Of a stretch of 64,000 nucleotides of DNA, positions 38,781 to 51,384 are shown in pieces. A program made the position numbers and the translations under genes. This DNA comes from Raja brachyura (taxonomy: Eukaryota): contig OY740791.1 in the NCBI GenBank assembly GCA_963514005.1, positions 60,760,001 to 60,824,000 on the forward strand, in the 5' to 3' direction. How positions within the stretch are numbered: the stretch's first letter is position 1; the number at the start of each line of letters is the position of its first letter. Below the pieces are notes generated by a model, which worked only from the letters and a program-made list of their open reading frames with translations, searched no databases and was not told where the DNA came from.

Positions 38781-40794
38781 CTATGAACTATTAAATCCCA
38801 TTTACTATCTGTTGCATCACTAGTCTTGGTCAATGCTGAATGCACCATGCCCCCATCACTCAACCACCAACATTCACAATCACAACATGCTAAGTGAATT
38901 AGTACAATGCAAATTTACAGAAAACTCTACTTTAAGTGTTGGATATGTCAGGAGGACACATTTGTATGTTGTTTTGCATCCTTTACACATTATTTCTCCA
39001 GACCTCACATAGGTTCTTTGGAGATCCCAAACACTGGCAAATATTAATCCCTGACCAGCACTGCTCCCTCTAAGATGTCACTTGCTTCCATGGGACATAG
39101 CCTCGCTTTGCAATAGCAAGAGAAAGCAGAAACTAACAAGAGGGGTGGATTAGTCCCCATGGAAGAAAAATGCAGGCCATTACTGAGGTGTTCAGGGATG
39201 AGGTTGCAACAAGGCTGAAAGTATTGAACATGACTGTATCCCCATACATATTCCATATAACCTATCATCACTCAATCCACATTTACAACCAGGCTAGGGT
39301 TCAAGAAGACCGTAAAACTCCCACCCGGGCCTGGAGGGGTGAAGTCACATGTTTGGCTGATGTGGACTTCACTAAGTACTTGCAGCTTGTAATCTATCAA
39401 GGTGCCATCAAGCCGGTGTCAAACATCAGAGGAGGTGGTTAGCCATCTCCATCCTTATTCAGGATGGAGCCCAACTTTACCACAAAGGAATTGATGGCCA
39501 ACTGTTCGCCTGCCCATAGTTGCCGCCACAGTGAAGCAAGGCATTGCCAATGTTGCAGCATCCACTGCACATGTCGTGTTCATCCATCGACTGAGTTCTG
39601 CACTGCAGCTCAGACTGTTACCATGGTTACTGTGACTTACAATGAGCCAAGGGGCTTGCGAGGTCCCACAGCAGGTTGCCAGGATCTCCGACGAGTTGCC
39701 CCAAGTGAGTGGCATTTCTACTGTGAGTAGAAGCAGCCACCTTTCCCACGACTACCGAGACAACTGCTTTGCACAAGCCATCTCTGGCTGCCGGGGAAAC
39801 AATTACTAACATAAGAAAAGATACATGGACCCAGGGCAGTGATTAGGACTGATTATCATGTGGTGTATAGTATATGGATGAAATGTATTAATTTGGCATG
39901 CAATGTTTATTCTGCAGTATATTTTATTCTAAAATGTGCCCTAGCTGTTGCTATGATGGTCATTTAAGAGGAAGTCAGGTGTAAGAATGTTTAAGGTATA
40001 AGAATAAGAATTTTGAAATAATAGTTTATCTAAGATTATAATCGTTTGAATTCTTCAGACGGTCGGGTTAGAAAGAAGGGTTTGGGCCCGAAACGTTGCC
40101 TATTTCCTTTGCTCCATAGATGCTGCTGCACCCGCTGAGTTTCTCCAGCACTTTTATCTACCTTAGAAATATGTTTTCTCCTTCCACCCATTTCTAGTTT
40201 GCCTCCTTTCACCCATTTCTTCTTCTTCATCCTATTCTTTCTCCTCAATGGTAAGCTGATTCTGAGCTCTGGCCCCACAGTGGTCAGTAAGTGCAAGACA
40301 CAACAGACCTCCAAGGGTCTTGGCACCTTTAATTCCAATCACTTCCAGTCTGGTCCAGGCAGCGGGAGTATAGGCCATGAAATAACTCCTCCAGGCTTCG
40401 TGTCATCGATATGTTCAGTGCATCTCTCCCACATAGGTTGCTTGCTGATACGTAGATTAGAAGGTACCATTTGGTTTACAGAGGTGAGATGTATACAAGT
40501 GTAGATGGCACAGCGCACTGACCAACAGGAACTCTTGCTATAATCCCACACTTCAGCTTGACATTGATGATGTGGATCGACCTGAGGTGCCATGGTCAAG
40601 GTACCTGCCCAGATGTTTCATCGGTCAACGGGGAAGGGAACCTGCCCATAAGCTCGGCAGTCGATGGGACCTCACCCGAAGGCTCATTGGACAGTGGGAC
40701 CGGGAATCTGCCCAAAGGCTCCTCTGTTGGCGGGATTGGGAACGCGCGCAAAGGCTCATTGGTCGGCATAATCGGGGGGGAGCTGGAGACATCT

Positions 40795-41090
40795 AAGGAT
40801 AAGGGGGAATTCCTTTAGGACCGAGATGAGGAAAACATTCTTTACACAGAGTGGTGAGTCTGTGGAATTCTCTGCCACAGAAGGTAGTTGAGGCCAGTTC
40901 ATTGGCTATATTTAAGAGGGAGTTAGATGTGGCACTTGTGGCTAAAGGGATCAGGGGGTAGGGAGAGAAGGCAGGTACGGGATACTGAGTTGGATGATCA
41001 GCCATGATCATATTGAATGGCGGTGCAGGCTCGAAGGGCCAAATGGCCTACACCTGCACCTATTTTTCTATGTTTCTATGTTTCTATGCA
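40795..41090 (+). mobile_element. Young CR1/HER1 3' end
   Basis: Nearly identical to 9160-9452; (TTTCTATG)n tail. Confidence 0.88.
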
Positions 41091-41669
41091 AGGAGCATAG
41101 GTCGGTAGGAGGGTGAACCAGAGTAAAGCCTCCAACACCTGGGAGATAGGCTGTAGGAGGCAGCCCCCGGGACACAAAGAAGTGGAGAGAGATGTCAGAT
41201 CACGGGAACTGCTCCAGTACATCTACCGGACCTTGGACTCTGAATAATGGCACCAAAAATGGCGGGATTTGTAATGTATGCAAAAATAATTTGACTGTGA
41301 AATTGCACATGTGACAAATGACTATTGAACTATCTTGGTTCTGGTGTACACAGCATTGGCACCGAGCGCCCACAGGGTGATGATAGTTCAGTCACTTGTT
41401 TCCGTAACATGGGACGCCTGCTTTCATCATCCATTGATATCAAAGCAATTACACTAGTAGATCATATCAGCAGGAACGTCCCTGCCTGAACAGCATTGCC
41501 TCGCACGTATTCTCATGCTGCTCGGGTAGCTGGTTTACTCCTTGAACTCTCTGTGTGGTTATCATGTGCTGCTGAGAGTAAACTAAACAGACTGCCAGAA
41601 GAACTCGACGGGGCATGCAGCACCTGTGGTGGGAAATAGATAGACAATGTTGCGGAGTCAGGACCCTTA

Positions 41670-42143
41670 AGGGCCTGTCCCACTAGCGCGCGATTAGACG
41701 CGACAAGCGCGACAAATTCGGACGCGGGGGTCGCGTGGGGGTCAGGCGATCCCGGTGCGAGTGAAGGGCCTGTCCCACTAGCGCGCGATTACACGCGCGA
41801 CGTCCGAAGGAAGGACGTTATTTTTCATCACGTGACGATGCGCATGAGCATGCGCGTTGCACGACGTCGGGCAGTGACGTCATCACGCAACGCCACGCTG
41901 AAGACGCACAACGTCAAAACGTCATCACGTTAATCACGTTCTGCGCGACAGGATTTTGCCGCGCGTAATTTTTTAAGCAGTGTCGGTTTTTGGACACTAC
42001 GCGCGATGTCGACACCAGCTACACACAACTCGACGAGACTCCGGCGATCGCAGTGGGACAGGGTCACGCGAGGCCGGGCGACTAAAGCGACCACGGTAGG
42101 TCGCGCTTGTCGCGTCTAATCGCGCGCTAGTGGGACAGGCCCT
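41670..42143. mobile_element. CpG-rich PIF/Harbinger-type MITE
   Basis: Perfect 44-bp TIRs, TTA TSD, and a third internal TIR copy at 41765-41791. Confidence 0.9.
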
Positions 42144-42739
42144 TTAGTCTCTCTGCTGGAGTAGAAGGGAAATGGAGAGACAATCAGAGAAGAGGTGGGG
42201 AGAGCTGGCAAGTGATATGTGGAAGGTGGACACAAAATGCTGGAGTAAGTCAGCGGGACAGGCAGCATCTCTGGAGAGAAGGAATGGGTGACGTTTTGGG
42301 TCGAGACCCTTCTTCGGTGATATGTGGATCCAAGTAAGGAGGGGTTGATTGGCAGATACGTTGGGGGATGGAGGAAGAGATAGACCCTGTAACTTCTGCC
42401 TGTACGTCATCTTGTTAGCAAAAATAACCAACAATAAGACAGAAATGATTAAAGCTGATTTTAAATAGTATTGACAGGGAGTTACTCCCTGCTCTTGAAC
42501 ATATTGATCCATTCAAAGGTAAGAGAAGGATTGGTTGGAGTATTAAAGTATAAAATGAACGGAACACAGTGATGATCTGCAGCCTATGTGCACTTCCATA
42601 TGTAAAAGTCAACGTCAATATAAGGTGTGAAGCAACTAGCAACACAAATCGCCACACACGGCATAGGTGCTGTTTTGGGGATCCACAGTCAGTCATGACT
42701 TTCATTAAAGGATTTACTGCCCTGAATTTCATACTCTAA

Positions 42740-43019
42740 TGCCCATGTCCCACTTAGGAAACCTGAATGGAGACTTTGCGCCCCACCCAAGGTTTCTGTG
42801 AGGTTCCCGGAGGTTTTTGTCCTCCGGCAACCACCTTCAACTAGCATCGCAACCGGCTTCGACTGAAAAATTACCGATTTTTAAAACGGAAACCACTTTC
42901 GATCATTAGGGAGACTGACAAAAACCTCCGGGAACCTCCGGGAAACGCACGGAAACCTTGGGTGGGGAGCAAAATCTCCAGAAGTTTCCGTTCAGGTTTC
43001 TTAAGTGGGACAGGGGGCA
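42740..43019. mobile_element. PIF/Harbinger-type MITE
   Basis: TIR TGCCC.TGTCCCACTTA.GAAACCTGAA; long internal inverted symmetry; TAA/TTA flanks. Confidence 0.85.
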
Positions 43020-43084
43020 TTAGGCTCAAGCTCCCACGCAACAAATCTTGCGTGCTTAATCTTCACCAGATCAGGGAAAGCCAA

Positions 43085-43562
43085 ACACTTTAAGTCCGCA
43101 TCCAATTCCTACACTGCCCTTTCTGTCCTGGGCCTCCTCCATTTTCAGAGTGAGGCCAAACATACATTTGAGGAACAGCACCTCATATTTCACTTGAGAA
43201 GCTTACAACCCAGCGGTATGAATATTGTTTCCTCGAACTTCAAGTAACTCTTACATCCCCTCTCTCTCTGTCTCTCCCTCATCCTAGTTGTCGTACTAGT
43301 TTCACTGTCGTCCTGCTGAGTTTCACTGCTTGTATCACTCACCACAGCCAACAATGGACCATTGTGGGCTCCACTTTTCCATGATCATCGTTGCTGGCTT
43401 TGATTTGACTTTTTGCATATCTTTCACACATTTGTTCGATGTACCTCTTGCTTCCCTCTCCCCTGACTCTGTCTGAAGAAGGGTCTGGACATGAAACGTC
43501 ACCTATTCCTTATCTCCAGAGATGCTGCCTGACCCAATGAGTTACTCCAGCTTTTTGTGTCT
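43085..43562 (+). mobile_element. Penelope-like element 3' fragment (GIY-YIG C-terminus, UTR, terminal unit)
   Basis: LSVLGLLHFQSEAKHTFEEQHLIFHLRSLQPSGMNI; CTGAAGA...GAAACGTC at ~43473-43500. Confidence 0.85.
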
Positions 43563-43822
43563 GACGAAAGTACTAAAGGCATCTTTAGAATGCCATTGAA
43601 ACAAGTCGGCAAGGTGGTCATAGTCATAGAGTCATAGAGTGCTACAGTGTGGAAACAGGCCCTTCGGCCCAACTCGCCCACACCGGCCAACAATGTCCCA
43701 GCTACCCAAGTCCCACTTGCCTGCACTTGGTCCATATCCCTCCAAACCTCTCCTATCCATGGACCTGTCTAATTGTTTCTTAAACGACGGGATAGTCCCA
43801 GCCTCAACTACCTCCTCTGGCA

Positions 43823-43917
43823 CGTCTGAAGAAGGGTTTCGGACCGAAACGTCGCCTATCTCCTTCGCTGCTTAGATGCTGCTGCACCCGTTGAGTTTCT
43901 CCAGCCTTTTGTGTACC
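43823..43917 (+). mobile_element. Solo 95-bp Penelope terminal unit with hammerhead-like core
   Basis: Perfect 15-bp TSD CTACCTCCTCTGGCA (43808-43822, 43918-43932). Confidence 0.85.
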
Positions 43918-44245
43918 CTACCTCCTCTGGCAGCTTGTTCCATACACCAACAAAAAGTTACCCCTCAGATTCCTATTAAATCTTTTCCCCTTTACCTTGA
44001 ACCTATGTTCTCTGGTCCTCGATTCTCCTACGCTGGGTAAAAGACTCTGTGTATCTACCTGATCTATTCCTCATGATTTTGTACACCTCTATAAGATCTC
44101 ATTCTCCTGCGCTCCATGGAATAGAGACCCAGCCTACTCACCCTTTAGTCCTGGCAACATCCTCGTAAATCTTTTCTGAACCCTTTCAAGCTTGACAATA
44201 TCTTTCCTACACCATGGTGCCTAGAACTGAACACAATATTCTAAA

Positions 44246-44799
44246 GGGTACCCAAAAGGCTGGAGAAACTCAGCGGGTGCAGCAGCATCTAAGGAGCGAA
44301 GGAGATAGGGGACGTTTCGGGTCGAGACCCTTCTTCAGACTGGTTAGAGATCAGGGAAACGAGAGATATAGACGGTGATGTGGAGAGATAAAGAACAATG
44401 AATGAAAGATATGCAAAAAAGTATCGATGATACAGGAAACAGGCCATTGTAAGCTGTTTGTAGTGTGAAAATGAGAAGCTAGTGCGACTTGGGTGGGGGA
44501 GAGATAGAGAGAGAGGGAATGCCAGGGCCCGAGGGCTGAGGGAGAGGTGGGAAGGGGAGGAGGCAGCCAGGGTTAACAGAATTGAGAAAATTCAATGTTT
44601 AAGCCCCGAGGATGCAGATTCCCCAAGCGGAATATGAAGTGCTGTTCCTCCAACTTGCGGTGTTGCTCACTCTGACCGTGGAGGAGGCCCAGGACCGAGA
44701 GGGGGAGTTGAAGTGCTGAGCCACCGGGAGGTCGGGTTGGTTATTGCGGACCGAGCGGAGGTGTTCGGCGAAACGATCGCCAAGCCTCCGCTTGGCCTA
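44246..44799 (-). mobile_element. 5'-truncated Penelope-like element
   Basis: Minus strand encodes KRRLGDRFAEHLRSVRNNQPDLPVAQHFNSP...EEQHFIFRLG; TSD AATATTCTAAA (44235-44245, 44800-44810). Confidence 0.88.
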
Positions 44800-45129
44800 A
44801 ATATTCTAAATATGGTCTCACCAATGTCTTATACAACTGCAACATGACCTCCCAACATCTATACTTAAAACGCTGACTGATGAAGGCCAAAATGTCAAAA
44901 GCCTTTTTGACCACCTTATCTACCTGCGACTCGACCTTCAAGGAACCATGCACCTGTAATCCTGGATCTCTCTGCTCTACTACACTTCCTAGAGGCCTAC
45001 CATTTACTGTGTAGGTGCTGCTCTTGTTCAACATCCCAAAATGCAAAACTTCACACTTCTCTGTATTAAATTCCATCAATCATTCCTCCGCCCACCGGGC
45101 CAATCTATCCAGATATCTGCTGCAATCGT

Positions 45130-45440
45130 TCAGTAGTGGTGTAGCAGTAAGGTTGCTACCTGACAGTGCTTGCAGTGACAGAGACCCGGGTTCGATCATG
45201 ACTATGGGTGCTGCCTATGGGAGTTTGTACGTTCACTCCATGACTGCATGGGTTTCCCCCGCGATCTTCGGTTTCCTCCCACATTCTAAAGACATACAGG
45301 CTTGTAGGTTAATTAACTTGGTATCAATGTAAATTGTCCCAAGTGTGTGTAGGATAGTGTTAATGTATGGGTGATCGCTGGTCGGTGCAGACTCGGTGGG
45401 CTGAAGGGCCTGTTTCCGCACTGCATCTCTAAAACTAAAC
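45130..45440 (+). mobile_element. HE1/V-SINE-like SINE
   Basis: GGGTTCGATC B-box, core and AAACT tail. Confidence 0.85.
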
Positions 45441-46189
45441 AAATTCTAAGTTTAGAATTGTAAAATCATGACTTGTGTCAGCTTTGCTTTGGTGATGATA
45501 CTGTTGCCTCACCATTAGAATTTCATAATCCTACCCTGGATTCATGACCCAGCCCAGTTGGGGATTTAGAGAGTGCCGCGCTGTACGAGGTGTGGTCCGT
45601 GGATGTGATACGTACTCTCTCAGGTTGCACTCTCTTGCAATGGAGTTGGATCTGGTGTCAGGCTCAGTACTTTCTGCTCATACATTGGCTTTGAAACAGA
45701 TCATCTGATTATCATTGCATTGGTGTTTACGAGACCTTATTTTTTTACAAATTGGTTGCCACTTTTATTATCTTACTGAAGTGATTGCACTTCAAGTTAA
45801 ACACGTAATTAATACTGAAATGGTTCAGGATACCCAGAGATGAGGAAAGGCAAAGAATAAATTCAAGGCTTTCTTTTTTTCTTTCAAATACTCTTAAATA
45901 AACCAGGAGTCAGGTCAGAGATTCCTGCTCTCTGGGAAATACTCTGTCGAACGAATGAACCAAATGAAACCAGGCAAAACTATCAGAGCTCTGTGGCCCA
46001 GGGGAAAGCGCCCACCTCTCTACTTTTTGGACTGATTATTGACCCTCTATCAATAGCCTATTTGTTATGTTGCTTAGTCCCTGCCTATCTTTAGCAAGTG
46101 CAAGTTTACAAATGCATCAAGATGCTAAAACTAATGTTTCCATGAAACAAAGGTCAATTTGTCGTATGAAACATAGCTCAATTCCCCAC

Positions 46190-46980
46190 CATTTACATGG
46201 TAAGTGGTAGGGAATTGAGGAATGCTGTGCAACAGAGGGATCTAGGAATAACTGTGCAACTGTGCATAACTGTGCAACTGTTCCACCTGAAGGTGGAATC
46301 ACATGTAGATAGGGTGGTAAAGAAAGCTTTTGGTGTGCTGGCCTTTATAAATCAGAGCATTGAATATAGGAGTAGGGAAGTAATGTTAAAATTGTGCAAG
46401 GCATTGGTAAGACCAATTCTGGAGTATGGTGTACAATTTTGGTCGCCTAATTATAGGAAGGATGTCAACAAAATAGAGAGAGTACAGAGGAGATTTACTA
46501 GAATGTTGCCTGGGTTCCAGCAACTAAGTTACAGAGAAAGGTTGAACAAGTTAGGTCTTTATTCTTTGGAGCGCAGAAGGTTAAGGGGGGACTTGATTGA
46601 GGTCTTTAAAATGATGAAAGGGATAGATAGAATTGACGTGGATGAGCTTTTCCCATTGAGGGTAGGGAAGATTCAAACAAGAGGGCATGACATGAGAATT
46701 AAGGGACAGAAGTTTAGGGGTAACATGAGGGGGAACATCTTTACTCAGAAAGTGGTGGCTGTGTGGAATGATCTTCCTGCAGAAGTGGTGGAGGCAGGAT
46801 CGATTTTAACATTTAAAAGTAAAGTGGATAGGTATATGGACGGGAAGGGAATGGAGGGGTATGGTCTAAGTGCACGTAGATGGGACATGGGGAAAATGAA
46901 TGGTTGGCACGGACTGGAAGGGCCGAGAAGGCCTGTTTCCGTGCTGTAATTGTTATAAGGTTATATGTTATATGGTTATT
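46190..46980 (+). mobile_element. CR1 LINE 3' part, open frame
   Basis: ORF 46197..46949 ALVRPILEYGVQFWSP...RRLRGDLIEVFKMM; same subfamily as 33315-33605; 18-bp tandem duplication near 46248. Confidence 0.9.
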
Positions 46981-47049
46981 TAAGTCTAGATGAAGAATCT
47001 TGTCCCGAAACATAGACTGTCCATCTCCCTCAAGCTACCTGAACACTTA

Positions 47050-47609
47050 AGGGGCTGTCCCACTGCGACCTAATTGGCGAGATTAGAAGAGTTTAGGAGA
47101 GTTTGAAGAAGTGTCATGTTGAAGACCTCCTTCAACCATGTAGAAGACCACTTTCGACTATGTTGAAGACTAGCTACAACTAGCTCCGACTAGCTTTGGG
47201 AAAATTGGAAACCAACAGTGGAGAGTCAAGACGACCTCCTTCGATCTCCTTCGACCTCCCTTCGACTATGTTGAAGACTATCTACGACTACCTTCAATTA
47301 CCTTTGACTACCCTCGATTACCTACGTGTAACATGCAAACCTACAACAACCTACTTCGACTAAACCTATGAGTAAAAAAATATTGATTTTTTCCATGGCA
47401 ACCTTTTTTTAAAACTCGCGGGCATTTTTCAGCATGTTGAAAATTACTCCACAACCTAGCTGAGGCCTCGAGTACGCGGGGACTACTCTCGAGCATAAAA
47501 CTGAGTACAAAGACCTCCTAGGACCTCATGTCGACCATGCTGCGAGTATGAGTCGAGGGCAAACTCTTCTAAACTCCCCAATTAGGTCGCCGCAGTGGGA
47601 CAGGCCCCT
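47050..47609. mobile_element. PIF/Harbinger-type MITE with internal CGAC[T/C]-rich short repeats
   Basis: AGGGGCTGTCCCACTGCG...CGCAGTGGGACAGGCCCCT. Confidence 0.82.
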
Positions 47610-49167
47610 TTTGTTCTTCCAACTGCTTTCCACTTTTTTTTAACCATATTAAATACCCAACTGGCATGAGAGTTCTTACACTGCCAAGCAGTAGAATGAG
47701 TACTGTCATAATGTGAGCAGGAAAGAACAATGTGATTGTTAATTAGCTTGACCATCTAATGAGAGCGGATGCTTGCAAAACTACGCCAGCAGAAAATAAA
47801 CAGACTGGGGAGCATTAGCACCAAGCAAAGCACCTTCCAGGTATAGGTTAGAATATCCTGGTCATTGCTAGTTCATGTATAATTTTCAGATTCAAGCCCC
47901 CTGTGACTCATAATGAAGACGAGAATATTAGCAGGAACAGGCCACTTTGCCTTCTCAGCTGTTCAATATGACCATGGCTGATCTGCCCCAGGCTTCATCT
48001 CCCCTTGTGTGTCAATTCCCCATGGCTGTTAATTCCACGATTTTTCAAAAATGAATCTATATTTGCTTTAAATAGCCCAAGTGATCGAGCCTCCGTGATC
48101 ATCCAGAGATTCACCACCCTTCACACAGCTCATCAGCTCATTCACCTTCAGTGTTGCAATGTTTCGATTCTGCTGCAAATGAGAGCTCTTGGTATTCCGA
48201 CTTAGATTTGAACAAGAAAATGTATGAAAACCAACCCGAAGCATCTCAAAAGGAAGGAAGGAATTAAGAGGGTGTGATTAAAAGCTCTGTGGAAGTGACT
48301 AGCTTTATAGAAGATTATTATAATAGGAACAACAATTTAAAAGATAGCATGGTTTAGTAAGTGAAAGCAAAGTGTGGGCCCACGCATCTGAGAACAGTAC
48401 GAGCAAAGGGTGATGTGTCGGAGTGAAGGATATATGGCATCAACGTAGGAAAAAGAGAGTGAGCTTGTGGATCATGCAGGAATGGAAGAGATAACCATGA
48501 TAACAAGGTTTAGGCTATGATTTAAATAAGAGAATGACAATGTTAAATTGGAAGTGTAGTCGAACTGAAGTGGAATCAAGGGATATGGGGAGAAGGCAGG
48601 CATGGGTTATTGATTGGGGACGATCTGCCATGATCACAATGAATGGCGGTGCTGGCTCGAAGGGCCAAATGACATCCTCCTACTTTCCTATTTTTTATTT
48701 TTCTATGTTTTTATATAACTCACCAAAGGCAGGAGAGATGAGCAATCAGTGGAAGATTACGAACAGAGATGCGGAGGAGGTGAGATCACAGTGGGTGGGG
48801 GATTGGGATGGGTTGGGTGGGTGGTGATCTGTCAACTGGGCATTATGATGGGCCACCAGGGAGAAGACAATGCATTTTACCCACTAATGAGGAAAAATGC
48901 TGCAAGAAATATTTTATCAAAGCACCCTTAATTTTAAAATATGATAAATCAGCAAACTGAGGACCAGATGAGCAGATGGAGTTAGGTTTCTGAGGCAATG
49001 CTTGTCAAAAGCCCCATATATTCCACAGAGTAGCTTTTATGCACATAGTGAGACTATTGTATAAAGTCAGAAGGGAGATTTGAGATTAAATGATTATTCA
49101 GGAAAGTTTCTTTTCTGACTATTAAAGATCATATCCAAGCCCGAATCACACACAGTACAACACTTAC

Positions 49168-49268
49168 TTGTTCAAGATCTTGGTGCCTTTAGCTTGAGAA
49201 AAGTGTTCCAACTGCAATGAATCTTGTGTAATGAAGACCACAGCCAGAAGAAAGTAGTTATTCCACAG
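49168..49268 (-). CDS. DOCK2: DOCK2 coding exon (101 nt): [33 protein letters not shown](K)
   Basis: tcttcag|CTG TGG AAT...AAC AA|gtaagt; LWNNYF and QDSLQLE motifs of DOCK1/2/5. Confidence 0.95.
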
Positions 49269-49523
49269 CTGAAGAGAATAAAAACATTTTAACTCACACA
49301 AAACCAAAATATAAATGTCACTACATGTCGTACCCATCACTACTTAAGTGTAATGGCTTAGCCTGGCATTTTAATTATTTGGAAGAAATTGGCATTTTTA
49401 AACATAATTATAAACAATATTTCTAAATAATATATGCAAGGTCCTATCAACCTAATGGTGCTAATATTTCTAGTTTACATGTTTTATATGAGATCTTTGT
49501 ATTTTGAACCATTCTCTGCATAA

Positions 49524-49853
49524 TGGCCCTGTCCCACGGTACGAGTTCATTCCAAGAGCTCTCCCGAGTTAAAAAAAAATCAAACTCGTGATAAGCACGG
49601 AGAATGAACGTAGCGGGTACGTCGGAGCTCGGGGACGTCTCTTAGCGGCTCGTAACGCTAACGGCAGGTACTGGGGAAGACTCGCTAACTGCAGGTAAGC
49701 TCCGGAAGACTCGTGAAGATTTTTCAACATGTTGAAAAACGTCCACGAGAGCCCCGAGTACCGATGAGCGGCCATTACCGTAAATCTCCGAGTTCGAATC
49801 AGGGCAAACTGGGGAGAGCTCTTGGAATGAACTCGTACCGTGGGACAGGGCCA
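49524..49853. mobile_element. PIF/Harbinger-type MITE (family A)
   Basis: Long TIRs TGGCCCTGTCCCACGGTACGAGTTCATTCCAAGAGCTCTCCC; TAA/TTA flanks. Confidence 0.9.
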
Positions 49854-50999
49854 TTATCCTTTTATAATGAGACCAAATAGGGCAGTAGAAATGTCAAATG
49901 CAAAGATGGAGCATAGCAATAGTGATGAGTCATTCCATCCTTCCAGCCTGATGTACCCTTCAATCATAATCATCATAAAACAAACCAAAGAACGATAACA
50001 CAAACTTTTAAAGCACACTAAAAATAACAACAAAAAAAAGACAAAAGAACAGACAGACTGATGCGAGGCTGCCATCGAGGCACCACCCGGTTGTAAATCA
50101 GACTCCTATCTCCATAATTATAGTAAACACTGTGGTGCTCATCCACTACACATTGAGTGCTTGTATCTCAACTATTTCTGTGCCTTGGATCTTTACTATT
50201 ATTACCTGGGCAATATTTGTCTTGGTTATGGAGTCATAGAGTCATACAGCACAGAAACAGGCCCTTCGGCCCAGCCTGCCCATGCTGACCAATGTGCCAC
50301 ATCAATTTCAGTCCCACCTGCCTGCCTTTGGCCCATATCCCTCTAAACCTTTCATATCCGTGAACCTGTTCAGATTTATTTTAAGTGTTGTTATAGTACC
50401 AATAAATGTGTTAAAGTAGCAATGTGTTCCGATCTTTTTAATTGACTCGGCTTTTTGTGTGGGAATTTCGGATGTGTGCACACCTCCATATTAAATAGTA
50501 ATTGAGTCAGGAAGCACAGAAGAATGACCACTAATCCATGCTGCACTTATTGTCCATCTACACTGATCCCATTTGCTTGCATTAGCCTCTATCTTTTTAT
50601 ACTTTGCCTATGCAATCCGAAGGTCTCTTAAACATAGTGATTGTATTTGGTTTTCCCACCTCTCTAGCAATGTGTTCTAGATGTCAACCAATTTTGGTCA
50701 AAAAACACTTTCCCTGTGGATTCTCTCTACAATTCCTTCTTCTCACTTTTATATACCACTCTCAGGTCACCCCCTAAAATCCCTTCTACTCCAGCAAAAT
50801 ACAAGCCCAGCCTATACAATCTCACCCCACGCAAAGGGTGGTGGGTGCATGGAACAAGCTGGCAGTGGAAGTAGTTGTAGGCAGGGACCATCCCTAAATT
50901 TAAGAAACAGTTAGACAAGTACATGGAAAGGACAGTTTGGGAGCGATATGGACCAAATGCAGGCAGGTAGTACTAGTGTAGCTGGGACATGTTGGCCAG

Positions 51000-51384
51000 G
51001 GAGGACTTCTCCCCTCCACCATGTAATCCCGTGCTACCTGCTCCATGGCTGGATAGTCGGCGACTAAACCGTCTCCCCCACCTGGTTTGCCAGGTGAGGA
51101 GGGGGCTGTGGACCCCCAGCAGGACCAAAAACAAGACCTGTCAAAGGGTGGATGAGCTTCTAGCGAGCCAACGGCCATCCACACTTCAGTCGAAGTTGCG
51201 ATCGCTGTCGTGCATAGCACTGTTAGGAATGATGATAAAGCACACTCCTATACATCCAGCGGCGGAAGTCTGCAGGAACTGGAGGACAGAGATGTGTGAT
51301 GGGTCCATCACCCGTTCCCATTGAAAACCAGTACCACTGCGCCGCTAATGTTTTCAATGATGATGAATGAATTAATTAATTAAT
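51000..51384 (+). mobile_element. Short non-autonomous retroposon, probably RTE-derived
   Basis: Perfect 14-bp TSD GACATGTTGGCCAG (50986-50999, 51385-51398) inside a CR1 tail; (TGA)/(TTAA) microsatellite tail. Confidence 0.7.

Larger units (their letters stand above)
43620..45125 (-). mobile_element. CR1 LINE 3' part carrying two Penelope-type insertions
   Basis: MEFNTEKCEVLHFG...LYKTLVRPYLEY; LPEEVVEAGT; inserts at 43823-43917 and 44246-44799. Confidence 0.88.

Noticed and set aside
39040-39820. Cluster of short ORFs in non-repetitive-looking DNA
   Set aside because: No recognisable domain or convincing splice signals; stops in all frames
47100-47380. CRISPR-like or coding repeat array
   Set aside because: Irregular short CGAC repeats inside a TIR-bounded MITE in a vertebrate intron; no repeat-spacer structure
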